Source of the DNA: Eledone cirrhosa
Taxonomy: Eukaryota
Length of the DNA: 64,000 bases
Reading direction: 5' to 3'
Assembly (NCBI GenBank): GCA_964016885.1
Contig: OZ024743.1
Location: forward strand, 153,512,001 to 153,576,000
The position numbers and the translations under genes are program-made. Below the pieces are notes generated by a model. It saw only the letters and a list, made by a program, of their open reading frames with translations, did no database searches and was not told the origin of the DNA. This document shows positions 13,901-25,667 of this stretch, in pieces; positions within the stretch are counted from its first letter, which is position 1, and the number at the start of each line of letters is the position of its first letter.

Positions 13901-15195
13901 TGTGTATGGTGTGAAAACAAATACAATAACAATAATCAAATAAAGTTGTCTTCTGCTATACTTCCCTTTCTGAACACTGCCAAGATATTCATGCTGTTCC
14001 TTTTTTTATTTTTACTTATTCATTATTTTTTGGGAACTTACTTTTTTTCTCTATCTTCTCTCAGTTTTTTTTTGTTGTTGTTAAACATGAGTGAAATAGT
14101 AGGTCTTTGTTACCAGAAAAGAAAACAAATAACAAAATAACAACTATGAAATGAACAGTAACAACAAGTGAATTGTGTAGCCAGGTTGTAAAATATACAA
14201 AGATATATATAAATACAAAAGATAACATAACAATGATGAAGATAAGGGTGATAATGATAAAGATGCTCTTGATAATGGTGATGATGCTGATAACGTTTTT
14301 TATTATTTCCTTATTTTCCATGTGGCTTACAAAGACAATAATACAGTTCAATACTGTTGAAAAACAGAACAATTCACTGCTTTCTTATACAAACAAACAT
14401 ATATGCCTTTAAGTAAATGAAAGAATCTTTATGTAATCAATGTAATGCTAGAAATATCAGCCAAATCCTCCTCAAATCACAGTCTGAGTTTTTAAAAAAG
14501 AACATTGAAAAATATAGTTCTTGATATACTATGTTAAAAAAAATAAAAGATCGGATGGTTATTACTGAAATGCTGTTGATCACAGTTCCACTAAATTGGT
14601 GTTGACACTGGGCTAAATAAACCCACATAGCTATTGTTGTTACATAATAACAGTGGTATAATCTATAAAATGAATGATTATATAAATGTAAATATATGTA
14701 CATATATATTCATACATTTTCATAATTTATATTTAATTTTATATTATTTTTTATTTTTTATTTTTTATTTTTTATTTTTTATTTTTTATTTTTTATTTTT
14801 TATTTTTTATTTTTATTTCCTTTTTTCTTTGTTTCACTCATATACCACGTTCTCTGTGAGGCGCCAGACATTTTCCTTAATATCACACATAATTGTATAT
14901 GTTTTGTAGCTTAATGGCTATACATTTCTGTTCGTCTTTTGTTTCTTACTCCTTTTGACAGCATTTGCCTTATGTTAGATACTGTGACCCCAGATGGACC
15001 AGCACTACCGTTGGTAAGAATCAAAGCTGCACAGGTCCTTTCTCAACAGCCAATGACCATGGAGTCCTGTGTCTTTCATTTGTATATTTATTTTAAAAAA
15101 TGATTTTTTTAGGTTTTCCTTTAAAAAATTATTTTCACATTTTGTTTTGTTTCCATTCGCTCTCTTGTCTTTGTTAATTTTCTCAAGGTTATATA

Positions 15196-15541
15196 TATAA
15201 TATTATTCAAAATATTAATAAATGAGAAATATCATAACCAAAGTATATATTTTATTATACATATTTCAAAGGTACAATGGTGTTTCAGTACGTTTTCATC
15301 AGATAAAATATATAAGAGATTGGAAATGTGACATACCACTAAGGTACTTGAATCATTAATTCCTGCCACTACAGGAATTAATGATTCAAGTACCTTAGTG
15401 GTATGTCACATATCCAATCTCTTATATATTTTATCTGATGAAAACGTACTGAAACACCATTGTACCTTTGAAATATGTATAATAAAATATATACTTTGGT
15501 TATGATATTTCTCATTTATTAATATTTTGAATAATATTATA
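15196..15541. repeat. Near-perfect palindrome (~170-bp arms, 6-nt spacer CCACTA) of a PLE pseudo-LTR fragment
   Basis: Arms are reverse complements with one mismatch seen. Each arm carries a hammerhead motif. Confidence 0.93.
15423..15493 (+). ncRNA. Type I hammerhead ribozyme motif (mirror copy on - strand at ~15244-15314)
   Basis: TATATATTTTAT-CTGATGA-AAAcGTAC...GTACcTTT-GAAA-TATGTA-TA-ATAAAATATATA: 12-bp helix I, helix II, near-palindromic helix III, AUA triplet. Confidence 0.8.
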
Positions 15542-15714
15542 GATATTTCTGAAAAACTTTTTGTCGAGTGCTTCTAATCTATTGTAAAATTGAATTCGTT
15601 GAATAATCAACGAACCATATAAACTTTTGGTTATATATATATATATATACATATAAATTAATAAAAATAATGAATAAAAACAAAGAAACAGTTCCTTATA
15701 TAAAAAAATTCATC

Positions 15715-15817
15715 ATTTTACGATCGTTTCTAGGATATGTATATGTTTTGGTAAAATGTTTACAAACTATCAGAGGGAATATACATACCTACACATATAT
15801 ATGCTGTCTTCAGAAAT
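15715..15817 (-). ncRNA. Hammerhead motif with long helix II insert
   Basis: Reverse strand: ATTT-CTGAAGA-C AG...(~75 nt, includes AGGTATGTATAT/ATATACATATCCT pairing)...CT A-GAAA-CGATCG-TA-AAAT, with palindromic helix III ACGATCGT. Flank 15885-15957 resembles the PLE 3'UTR at 50913-50990. Confidence 0.6.
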
Positions 15818-16199
15818 AATGATATTTGTTTATTGAAAAAAAACAACAAAGATTTAATATAATAGGTCTGTTTGGGAACAGGTTTTGAATTGACCAATAG
15901 AAAGGTAGTAAGTGGTCAAGATGGTAGAATAGTAGTAATGGAACTTTAATTTAGGGGTAGAGGAAAGCAGACTTCAGTTTTGAATGGAAAGAGTATTTTG
16001 GATATAAAAGGTTACTTTTGTATATATATATATAATTTTATAGCTCGCTATATATTAGTTGAGCTCTTTTTCTTGTCCATTATCCATATCACAATGGAAA
16101 AACAATACTCTTCATACGGATTGGACACTACCGTACATTTTGGTAGATTTATCTATATATACATATATATATGGTATATGTAAGTGATTATAATGGAAT

Positions 16200-17030
16200 T
16201 ATTATGTGATTATATGTAAGGGAAGTCCAGAGTGAGCTAAATTGATATTGAGGCCCTCTCTCCTGATGGCTTTGTGTATGGCATATGTGGTTTCCTCACT
16301 GAGATGTGGGATCTTGAAGAAGCAACTGTTATTTGTGTTGGTTAGGTCTCTGGGTTTGGGTTTTCATCATGGGGCAGAGAAGGAAGCTTAGTAGGCATTA
16401 TTCTCTAATACCCTGTGGAATCGTCTGATATGGGTGGCTCTATTAGCAGCATTGCTGCATCAGTTGCGTATGCGAGCACTTTTATTGAAGATGTACTCTC
16501 TTTTAGAGCTGTTGTGGAAGGCAGATTTGTAATGCACAAACAGGTCCCTGCTGGCTGCTTTGTGTTAGAAATTGATGTGGATTTCACCGCTATCAGAGAT
16601 GTAGTGCAAGTGTAAATTGATTGTCTATATCCAAATGTTTAAAAGCTATAAACCAACATTATTCAAATTTGGATCATCTTTGTCTAAAACTTGAGAAAAG
16701 GTTATTAAATCAAGGAATCTAACCCTAGAAGATATTCATTAAAATATTGTTAGTATAAATGCGATTGTTTATTATTTAAGCTGTTTTTAAGTAAGAAAGT
16801 ATATTAGGCATTAGTTAGTCACTCATAAGCATACATATTTATTATTGAATTCTTGTATTATATAAGCTAAATAAGATTCATACAATATACTCAACTGAAT
16901 AGAATTAATTATAACCTCACACTTATGTTGTTGTAAGTTGACATTGATGGATATGGCATTGTAAGCAGTCTGGTACCGTATTATAGAGGATGAGACTAAA
17001 ATCATCCAATACAGGTCAGCTGTCAACTAC
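16200..17030 (-). mobile_element. Decayed Penelope-like RT fragment
   Basis: 16530-16590 is homologous (inverted) to 26690-26750 (FY.K..SRDLF.HYK motif of the PLE RT C-terminal region). Confidence 0.6.
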
Positions 17031-17254
17031 TGCAGCTTATAACACAAGACAAATGCACTTGTTTGGTATTTTGTTTTGAAATGTTCACTACATAAACAAT
17101 TACTGCTATCAACATCATAATTTTAGAATACCATCTCATATGCTTAATGATGTGCAACACTGGACACTGCTTGTATTGCCTACAATGTTTAAATATAGGG
17201 AACATAAACATATCAATTATAATTGCAAGCAAACAAAAATACACTGATCATAAT

Positions 17255-18475
17255 ATTAAAGAAAGTAGTGAAGATGAATATATCAAATGTTTCCCAAAAG
17301 AAGGAAATAAACATAAATATACAAAATGAAATATCAAAGTAGGTAGTCAACTACACAAAAGAAGGCAGGGAACATAAATATATCCAGTGTGACCCCCATC
17401 CCCTCCAAATAGTAGTGAACATAAATATACCAAATGTAACATTAAAGAATGTAGTGAACACGGATAAACCAAATTAGATATGAAAGAACATAGTGAACAT
17501 AAGTGTGGTATCAACGAATGGAGTACACATAAATAAATTAAGAGTGACATCAAAGAAAATCTTGAATATATATATAACAAAGCTGATTTTAACTCTCAAC
17601 ATATTACATAGATTTACCAATACATATTTAGAAATAAATTGGCTAATTCAATTGTTTATAGAGTTTCTTTTCTAGTCAACAGATTCATGTGACAGTTTGC
17701 AGTATTAGACTAAAGATTTTAGATTTTAATGTGCTGAGCTTTTGTGTACTTTTCAATAATGTCTTGTAATGTGGATTCTTGTAGTACCTGATGCTAAGTG
17801 TTAAAGAAGGTAGTGAAGATATGTTCATCAATTTCATCAAAGAAAGCTGTGAATGCAAATATATCTAGTGTGTCATGAAGGAAGGTTGCAAACCATGATA
17901 TACCTGATGTGACGTGGAACATAAAGGAACATAAATGCATCTAGTGTGAGATCAAAGATGGTAAAAAGGCAGACAAAATTTATATATTAAATGTGACACC
18001 AGAAAGGTAGTGAACATGAATATACTAATTGTGGCATGAAGGAAAACTGCAAGCATAAATATACCAATTGCAATATTAAAGAAAATATTAAACATAAATA
18101 TACCAAGCTATACATGAAAGAGGGTAGTGAACATATCATGTGTGACATTAAAGGAAGTAGTGCCACATGTGACATGAAAGAAGATAGTAAATATAGATAT
18201 ATTGAGTGTGACATTAAACAGAATGGTGAACATATCAAATAAGACATAAAAGGTTAATAAACATAAATATACCAAATGTGACTTTAAAAAGACTAATCAA
18301 TATATGAAATGTGACATTAAAGAGTGTTGTGAACATTCCAGATATGATCTTGATATGAATAAAGTTGGAGAAAAAGATAGTGAACAAAAATCTACCAAGT
18401 GTAACATTAATGAAAGTAGGTTTCATGAATATATTGACTGTATTACAAAATAACATAAATATGTCAAATGTGATT
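17255..18475 (+). repeat. Diverged ~39-bp tandem repeat (consensus ~AAAGAAGGTAGTGAACATAAATATACCAAATGTGACATT), interrupted ~17580-17800
   Basis: Units of 39, 39, 39, 33, 27, 39 and 33 nt counted between ~18000 and 18250. Confidence 0.8.
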
Positions 18476-18543
18476 TCACAGAAAAATAGGACCCATCTAT
18501 AACATGGTGTAAATCAATCATGCTATTGAAATCATGTGTGATA

Positions 18544-18724
18544 CAGTTAATATTCAGTTATAACGAATACCATTATAACAAATTTTTCCATATAACCAAA
18601 TCTTTTGCAATCCCCGAGGTAACAACAAACTCTCGATTGGTTTTGGTTGATGTCGTTATAAAGAATTGTTTGTTACAACGAATTGTTTTTATACCGTGAA
18701 TTTCGTTATAATGGAATTTCACTG
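18544..18724. mobile_element. MITE of Tc1/mariner-pogo (Tigger-like) type
   Basis: TA|CAGTTAATATTCAGTTATAACGAA...TTCGTTATAATGGAATTTCACTG|TA: imperfect ~24-bp TIRs, TA target duplication, 181 bp. Confidence 0.8.
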
Positions 18725-19809
18725 TATCTACCAATAATGCTTCATCATGTTTTCCCATGTTGACTTTAAGCTAATAAGAATAATCTGCAAAAAGGAGAGG
18801 TTGTTGGCAACAGCGTTTTCTCTTGCCTTATCATCACTTCTCCCCTTCACCCACATCGACATCCCATTATAGCCATAGAAAGCAACACTAGAAACAACAC
18901 TAACATCAGCACCACTGTCAAAGCTAACGTGAGAGACTTTAGGTGGCCTAAATTATACTTTTCCATCTTAACAAGCGCTATGCATTTGATCAACGGTCTA
19001 TTTTAGCAGGCTCAAACAATAACAACAATAAAAATATCTTTTTAATTTCATTTTCTAAATACATTACAAAACAATAAATCATTTCCAGTAGCCTTACTTT
19101 CCCAACCGTTATTACACTTTTTTGTCCCTTCTTCAAATAGAATATCTAGAATTGCTTGAAGCTATGTAATCATTCTAAGGCCTTGAAATATTTACTCTTA
19201 TCTAAGAGCTTATATTTTAACTCCATCTACTTACAAGTAAACTAAAGGTCAATATGCTTGTTCCCCTCTTGTACATCCCAATAGGTATTTAATTTCCTTT
19301 TGACAATTTATTTTGAAGAAAGGGATATCTTACAAACAATTATTCATCCAATAACAGGGCAGTGAACTTACATTCACTTCTTTTAAAATATGGAACTCAA
19401 TATAATTCAATTATATCGAAGAAAGAGCAAATAGTCCATAAACTAAATAATGAGCTATCAGAAACCAATCCTATTGACACTCATTTGTCTTTAACTTTTT
19501 ATTCAAATATTGAACATGTATAAGCAAACAAAAGCAGTTTTCACTACACAAAGTAGAGTTACATTGAATATTCAAGTGTCTTTTGTGGTTATGAAAACAG
19601 AAAAAGGAAGGAAAAGGCAAGAGTTCGAGTGTCACAGAAGAATGGGGAGGGAGAAGGGGGGAAGGTGATGAGCTCTTGGCCAAGAGCATGGTGGTATTGG
19701 AGCTGTGCCCTGTGTACAAGACCACAAAAGCAATCCCATGGACAATATCCTTTTTGTACACAATCTTGTTTTCTACATTTGTGTGTGTTTCTTTAAATTA
19801 TAAATAATT

Positions 19810-19945
19810 GGCAGAATCATTAGCATGTTGAACAAAATGTTTTGCAGTATTTGTTCTTCCTCTTCATGTTCTGAGTTATAAATCCTGCTGAGGTCAACTT
19901 TGCCTTTCATCATTACAGGATTGATAAAATGAAATACCAGACAAG
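19810..19945 (+). mobile_element. tRNA-derived SINE with Meta-like central domain (diverged)
   Basis: GGCAGAATCATTAGC...GAGTTATAAATCC..GAGGTCAACTTTGCCTTTCATC...GATAAAATGAAATACCAG. Related pieces lie at ~30805-30935 and ~55905-55990. Confidence 0.65.
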
Positions 19946-20987
19946 ACTTTAATTGATTTTCCTCTTCTCCACACAGACCTGCTGCCCTGTACCTACATTA
20001 GAAATTATTTAGAAATAAATAAATAAATCATCACACGCTATTATATGCAACTCCACTCGTGGATTCAAGATATTATTATATATGGTAATATAACATCACA
20101 GAAGAAACCACACAAATATAAAATATCCAATGTATTTCATACATAAAGATGAAAAGAAAATAAGGTGGACAAGATAATGGATAAAGCTTGCTGACAGCAT
20201 CACACAAAACATACCAAATATTGTCTGATAGACTGTTAGGTTTGGAAGATATTGGAAGAATATATATGTATCAAGTATACTGTAAGAAATTAATTTTCAG
20301 ACAGGAAGCAATATACACAGTCTTTCATACTGTGATATATGGAATCACATATCCTGTCCTGTCTCTCTGTCTACTTATGACAATATCTCACATTTCATGC
20401 CTTGTGAATGACCATGGTTGTTGCGAACTGAACAGAATCCAATCCTATAAATGTGTGTATACTTTTGTATATACATATATGTATGACCATGTGCATGTGT
20501 ACGAGCAATCATGGAGAAATGGTGATGATGATACTCACACACACACACACATGCACACATATATATATAACCCCCATCATTGTTTAATAGCTATTTTCTG
20601 CACTAGCATGGGTTAGACAAGTTATCTTGATGTAGTGAGACAAGTAAGATTAGGTGACCATGTATTGCTCCTACAGAACCGTTTCTGGCTTGGTTTCTAT
20701 GGTTGGATGTCCTTCCTAATGGCAACCACATTTACAGCATGAACTGGATGCTTTTTATTGTGGTACCAAATGACCATCTGATAGGGGGGACTGGTTGCTT
20801 TTTATCATGTCAACAACTTGACCAGCTTAACATGGTGGGCTGGGTTATATATATATATATATATCATCCTCATCATAATCATTACCATTCAACATCCATT
20901 ATCCATGCTTGCATGGGCTAGATGTGTCATCTACATTGAGAGACAAGTTTGGTCAGAATTAGCCATGCCATTCCTTCATTTACATTG

Positions 20988-21530
20988 GGGAACTGGATGA
21001 CACTGTTATGAGGAGGTACAGGTCAGATGACCATGCTGAACTCCTCTCACAGTGGAGCCAATGCTTTTAGAGCCTGGAACTGAATGGCACCGCTATGAGG
21101 AGTAACAGGCCAGTTGGTTGTGCCAAACTCATCTCACAGCAGAACCATAGATTTGGAGCCCAGTACTGGATGGACACCACTACGAGGATTAACAGGCCAC
21201 TTGGCCATGCCAAACCCCTCTCACAGTGGAACCACAGTCCTGGAGCCTTGAACTAGATGGCTCCGCTAATGAGGAGGGACAGGTCAGTTGGTCACGTCAA
21301 ACTGTATTCACAGTAGAACCATACTTTGGAGACCGCAAACATGCTTACAGCCCAGTACTGGATGGCCCCACTATGGGGAGAGACAGGCCAGTTCGCTGCG
21401 CCAAACCCATCTGACAGCAGAACCATAGTTTTGGAGTCTGGTACTGGATGACATTGCTATGAGAAGGGACAAGCCAGTTGGCTGAACTGAACCCTTCTCA
21501 CAGCAGAACCACAGTGCAGGAGCCGTAACC
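20988..21530 (+). repeat. GC-richer minisatellite, ~86-bp unit, ~6 diverged copies
   Basis: G(A/T)ACT(G/A)(G/A)ATG recurs at 20990, 21077, 21163, 21250, 21355 and 21441. Confidence 0.9.
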
Positions 21531-21719
21531 ATGTTTGCAGTGTGGAATATGTATATATAGAAATTTACAAAATTATTATTGAAAACATCACAATCCAGAA
21601 GAGGGTCAAATTCTCTCAGGTAACAATAGAAAACAAAGAAAAGATGTTATTGAAAATGCAGCAACAATAGTGGTCCCAAAGCATAGTCTGGAACACGTAA
21701 AAAGTAAAACATAAAGGTA

Positions 21720-23210
21720 TATTTTATTCACTCAGTACTGAAACAACAATAAGCTTATAGTTTATATGCTTTTTTGTGTATGAAACATCAACTGGCATTG
21801 CTCATTTGCATATAGTGCGAATGAGATCATTAATGGATAATAAACCTGATACACACATTTGAGGTTCTTTTATGGCTACTGTGTTTGCTATGGAATGACC
21901 ACAGTTCAAAGTATTCATAGTGAGACCCTTACTTGTTTATTAAGTTTAAACATCATATATGCCTTTATATATGCCCTCATGTATACCCCTATCATGAACT
22001 AGTGCTGCTGTTGATAAATTATAGCCAGTCAAGTTCACACCATATGTAAATGAGCATCCCCATATGATGTTCTATTTTAACCAGATGCAAATGAGTCCTC
22101 AGCTGATGTTTCATGTGCAAAAAAAGCATATAAATATGTATACCCATTCACTCTTAGTATTATTTTGAAATATTCTAATTTGCATATAATTTGTGCATAT
22201 GCTACCAATTAATTACAATGTTTTTAAGATTCAAATGTGCTTCATAATGATATCTAGATTATATATAGCTTATGTAGTTTTGAAAGTGCTGAGTGCATGC
22301 TGTATTAAGTATCTGCCTGGTGTAGGTTGGATTTTCCACTAGGTTTGTATAAATCTGTCAGTGTGTGAATTTATCAGTTGGCACTGATATTTAAACTGTT
22401 ACCAATATATGCATATTCTCGACAGCTGATCATTATACAGTTTTTCAGGTATGCCTATTTGCAATTACAGTTTCATAGATTGGCCGTGATTTCAATTCTC
22501 ATATAGTACAAACATTTTTGCCATCCATTTGGCAATCAAAATCAAAATAGTTACTCATGGACAAACACCAGAGAATGAGTGTGTATATGAAAATGGTGTC
22601 AAGATACCTGAAATAATTTTTGGTGAGTAGAACTTTTCAGCTGATACCATTATTTACAGTGTGAGATATAACACATATTCCTGTATCAATCTATCTATCT
22701 CTTCTTACAAAACATCTACCACTATATCTAACTCCCATCAAGACAAAATTGTAATGAGTAATGACATTGTTACCAATAATTTATCATCACACTTATCTGT
22801 TGCTATACATCATAAGCTCCTTCCCACCATGACACACACACACACTTATTGCTCATTTTCCTGCCAAAAAACCAAATATAGCTACCTGTTCTTCCTTTCC
22901 TACTGACCGATTACTCTGTTTTCCCCTTTGCACCATATTCTTACTTATGTTTTCTCCCACATTAGACAATTAGCCCTCTTTTACTTATCGAACCATCACA
23001 CTTCTTGGTTACATATATGAATCACACTGTGTTAGAGCTATTGCTAATTAATCCTAGCCAGTCTATTCCACACTATATGCAAATGTGCATCTCTAGTAGA
23101 CGTTTTATACACAAAATGTATATAACCTATAGCTTATTCTTGTCTCAGTACTGAGTGAATAAATCTCACTGATGATGGATAAAATTCCTGAAACATTAGA
23201 ATCTAGCTTT
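21720..23210 (+). mobile_element. Old Penelope-like element with inverted 5' pLTR fragment
   Basis: 21720-21830 is an inverted copy of 23060-23165. A decayed GIY-YIG-like YSFS..PICNYSFI lies near 22440. A degenerate HHR CTGATGA-TGGA..TCCT-GAAAC is at 23169-23194. Confidence 0.5.
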
Positions 23211-24264
23211 CTCACATAGTACTAAGATAGCTGTGACATGATGACAGCTCAAGACATTCATAACCAGACTTATATGTTTATTATACATAAACATATTATA
23301 TATGCCTTGATATTATTAATCATGCAATATTAGAGCTACTACTAATATATAGATATGGTTATATGTGTCTGTGTATTCTAATTAATATTACAGCCAACCA
23401 CAACAAGTACATTATGCCTTCTTTTTAGTGTATAACCCATGCATATATATATACTGCATGTGTGTATTTACTCTTACACTTTAAAAGAAAACACATACAC
23501 ATATCTTTCTTTAGATTTATGATGAATAATCCAAACTTAGTATAGAATAATAGGTAAATTTGGTTGTTGTGAGATTGTGGAAAGATAAATATTTCTGTAA
23601 TCCTAGTTTTTATAGTAATATATCTTAGACTTGATCATCATCACTCATTCATACATAAATATAGATGACTTATATATGTAAATATATGATCTGGTACACA
23701 AACACACTCCCTCCCTTTCCCCCATACATTCATACACACACTCATATATTCTCACATACATAAACAAATAAAAAAAGAACACATTTAGGCAAAAAAAACT
23801 TGCTGATGCAAACTTCTACTGTTGAGCAAGCACATCTCTTGTTATATGTAACGGAATTCACACACATTGATAAACTTAAACAATTTATATATGTCAATAT
23901 ATACATGATAGTTATAGTTAAATAAACACAAATCTCACAGAAATATTTACACACAAATGTATAAACACAAGTATGGCATTTTTCACATAAGTACATTTAC
24001 AGAATATTAATTTATACATATTTACACACAGATGGATAATTATATTTATGAGTACAGATAGATAGCTGTAAATAACCACATAGATGCATCCATACCTGTA
24101 CGATCAGTTACATACATATGATATTATATTTACTACTTTAAACCCATATACATAATTGGCTAAAACATATGTTACAGACACACATGCACTCACACAAGCA
24201 TATGTTGAGACACAGGCATGTCTATATGTGCTTATAAGCATGTACATGTGTGTGTGTTTGTTTA

Positions 24265-24277
24265 CATCTAGTTACAC

Positions 24278-24316
<39 letters not shown>

Positions 24317-24490
24317 CATATTATATATGTATATACACATATATTTATATATATATGTGTATATACACACATACACACACACATATATATATATATATGA
24401 ATATATATACATATATATATGTATGTATGTAAGTATGTATATGTGTATATGTGTATGTGTGTGTAAACATATGCATACATATGTATCCAA
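24265..24490. repeat. (TA)n/(CA)n/(TG)n microsatellite
   Basis: Direct reading. Confidence 0.95.
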
Positions 24491-25667
24491 CCACAGGGAC
24501 AGATAGTAATGCACAATATGAATATATATAGCATTATTAATAATTGAAAGACAGATAAATAAATAAACAAATTTAAAAACAAGGAAATAATAAGCAGTTA
24601 AGTATTTTCTTCTCTTTTTTTTTCTATTGCAGAATTATATGAAGCTTGCAATGCAAGTCTTATGAAAAAGAGAAACATAATAAGAAAGATTTTTCTTTGT
24701 CAAATCAGTGAGATATTGAAACTGTTCAAGTAAAAAGATTTTTAGACTGTTTAAATCTAACTTCACAGAATTTAGTTAATGTGGAAACAATTTCAGACAG
24801 CTTATGTTGTGTTGTTATTGTTATTGTTGTCCTTGATGCTGCTCTTTGTGATGATAATGTTACTATCTCATAGCTAGAGGGGGAAGGTTTTAAAATAAAA
24901 TTTGATACACTTGATAAAGATGACGCAGATGAGAGTGTACCTGAGGAAAGCAATGAACCTATTTCTATCTCATGAAATCTCTTCAGCAAAAATTTTTCGA
25001 ATCAGTGGGCAAAATTTAGAAGTGATCCGTATGTAGATGGAGTGAGTATGATGGTGCTGATTTTAGATATCAAAAATATAGTAGAGTGAAGGTACCTCAA
25101 GGGAGCATTCTGCATATGAAATACACATAAATACACACTCACACACATACACACACATATACTTATTGATATACAACATTTTGACTCACTACACTACAAC
25201 CACTCAATGTAAATTTGGTATGACAATACCAAAAGCAGAGTGCACTCATAAACAAAAATATTATGGATACAACATTTTTAATATCTTCGAAATAAATAAC
25301 ATAGAACTAAGCAGAACAGTAGGAATATTGCATTACATTAGCAATATATTGTTCTAATACAGACCTAGACAACATTGTTTCAAGTCTCAAGAAAACAGAA
25401 CAATTGCCATAATTAAATGGATAATTAGTAATATAAAGATGCCTACTATCGTTAGTAGGTTATCTTATTAATTAGATAAGATATTACCCGTCCATAATTA
25501 AGTCAGAGTCAAGAGAAACACACATGTTTTTATGGCACTGTGACAATAACTATAACAGTGGTGGACAGTGATAGGCAAGAAGGAATGCTAAAACAAGCTC
25601 ACTCACAAGTCGTAAAGTATCATTACCAATCTATAGAAAATTTGAAAGTAGAAATATATATATATAA

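Noticed and set aside
20988-21530. CRISPR array, or HHR satellite (CTAATGAG...CAAACTGTATTCACAGTA in unit 4)
   Set aside because: No unique spacers and a eukaryotic context. The core lacks CUGA and GAAA, and the stem is not kept in other units.
22425-22455. Apparent micro-exon (AG...CAG|GTATGC)
   Set aside because: It overlaps a decayed GIY-YIG-like segment inside an old PLE bounded by inverted repeats.
24726-24989. 87-aa Ser-rich ORF, with an acidic frame on the opposite strand
   Set aside because: No recognisable domain or convincing pair of splice sites.
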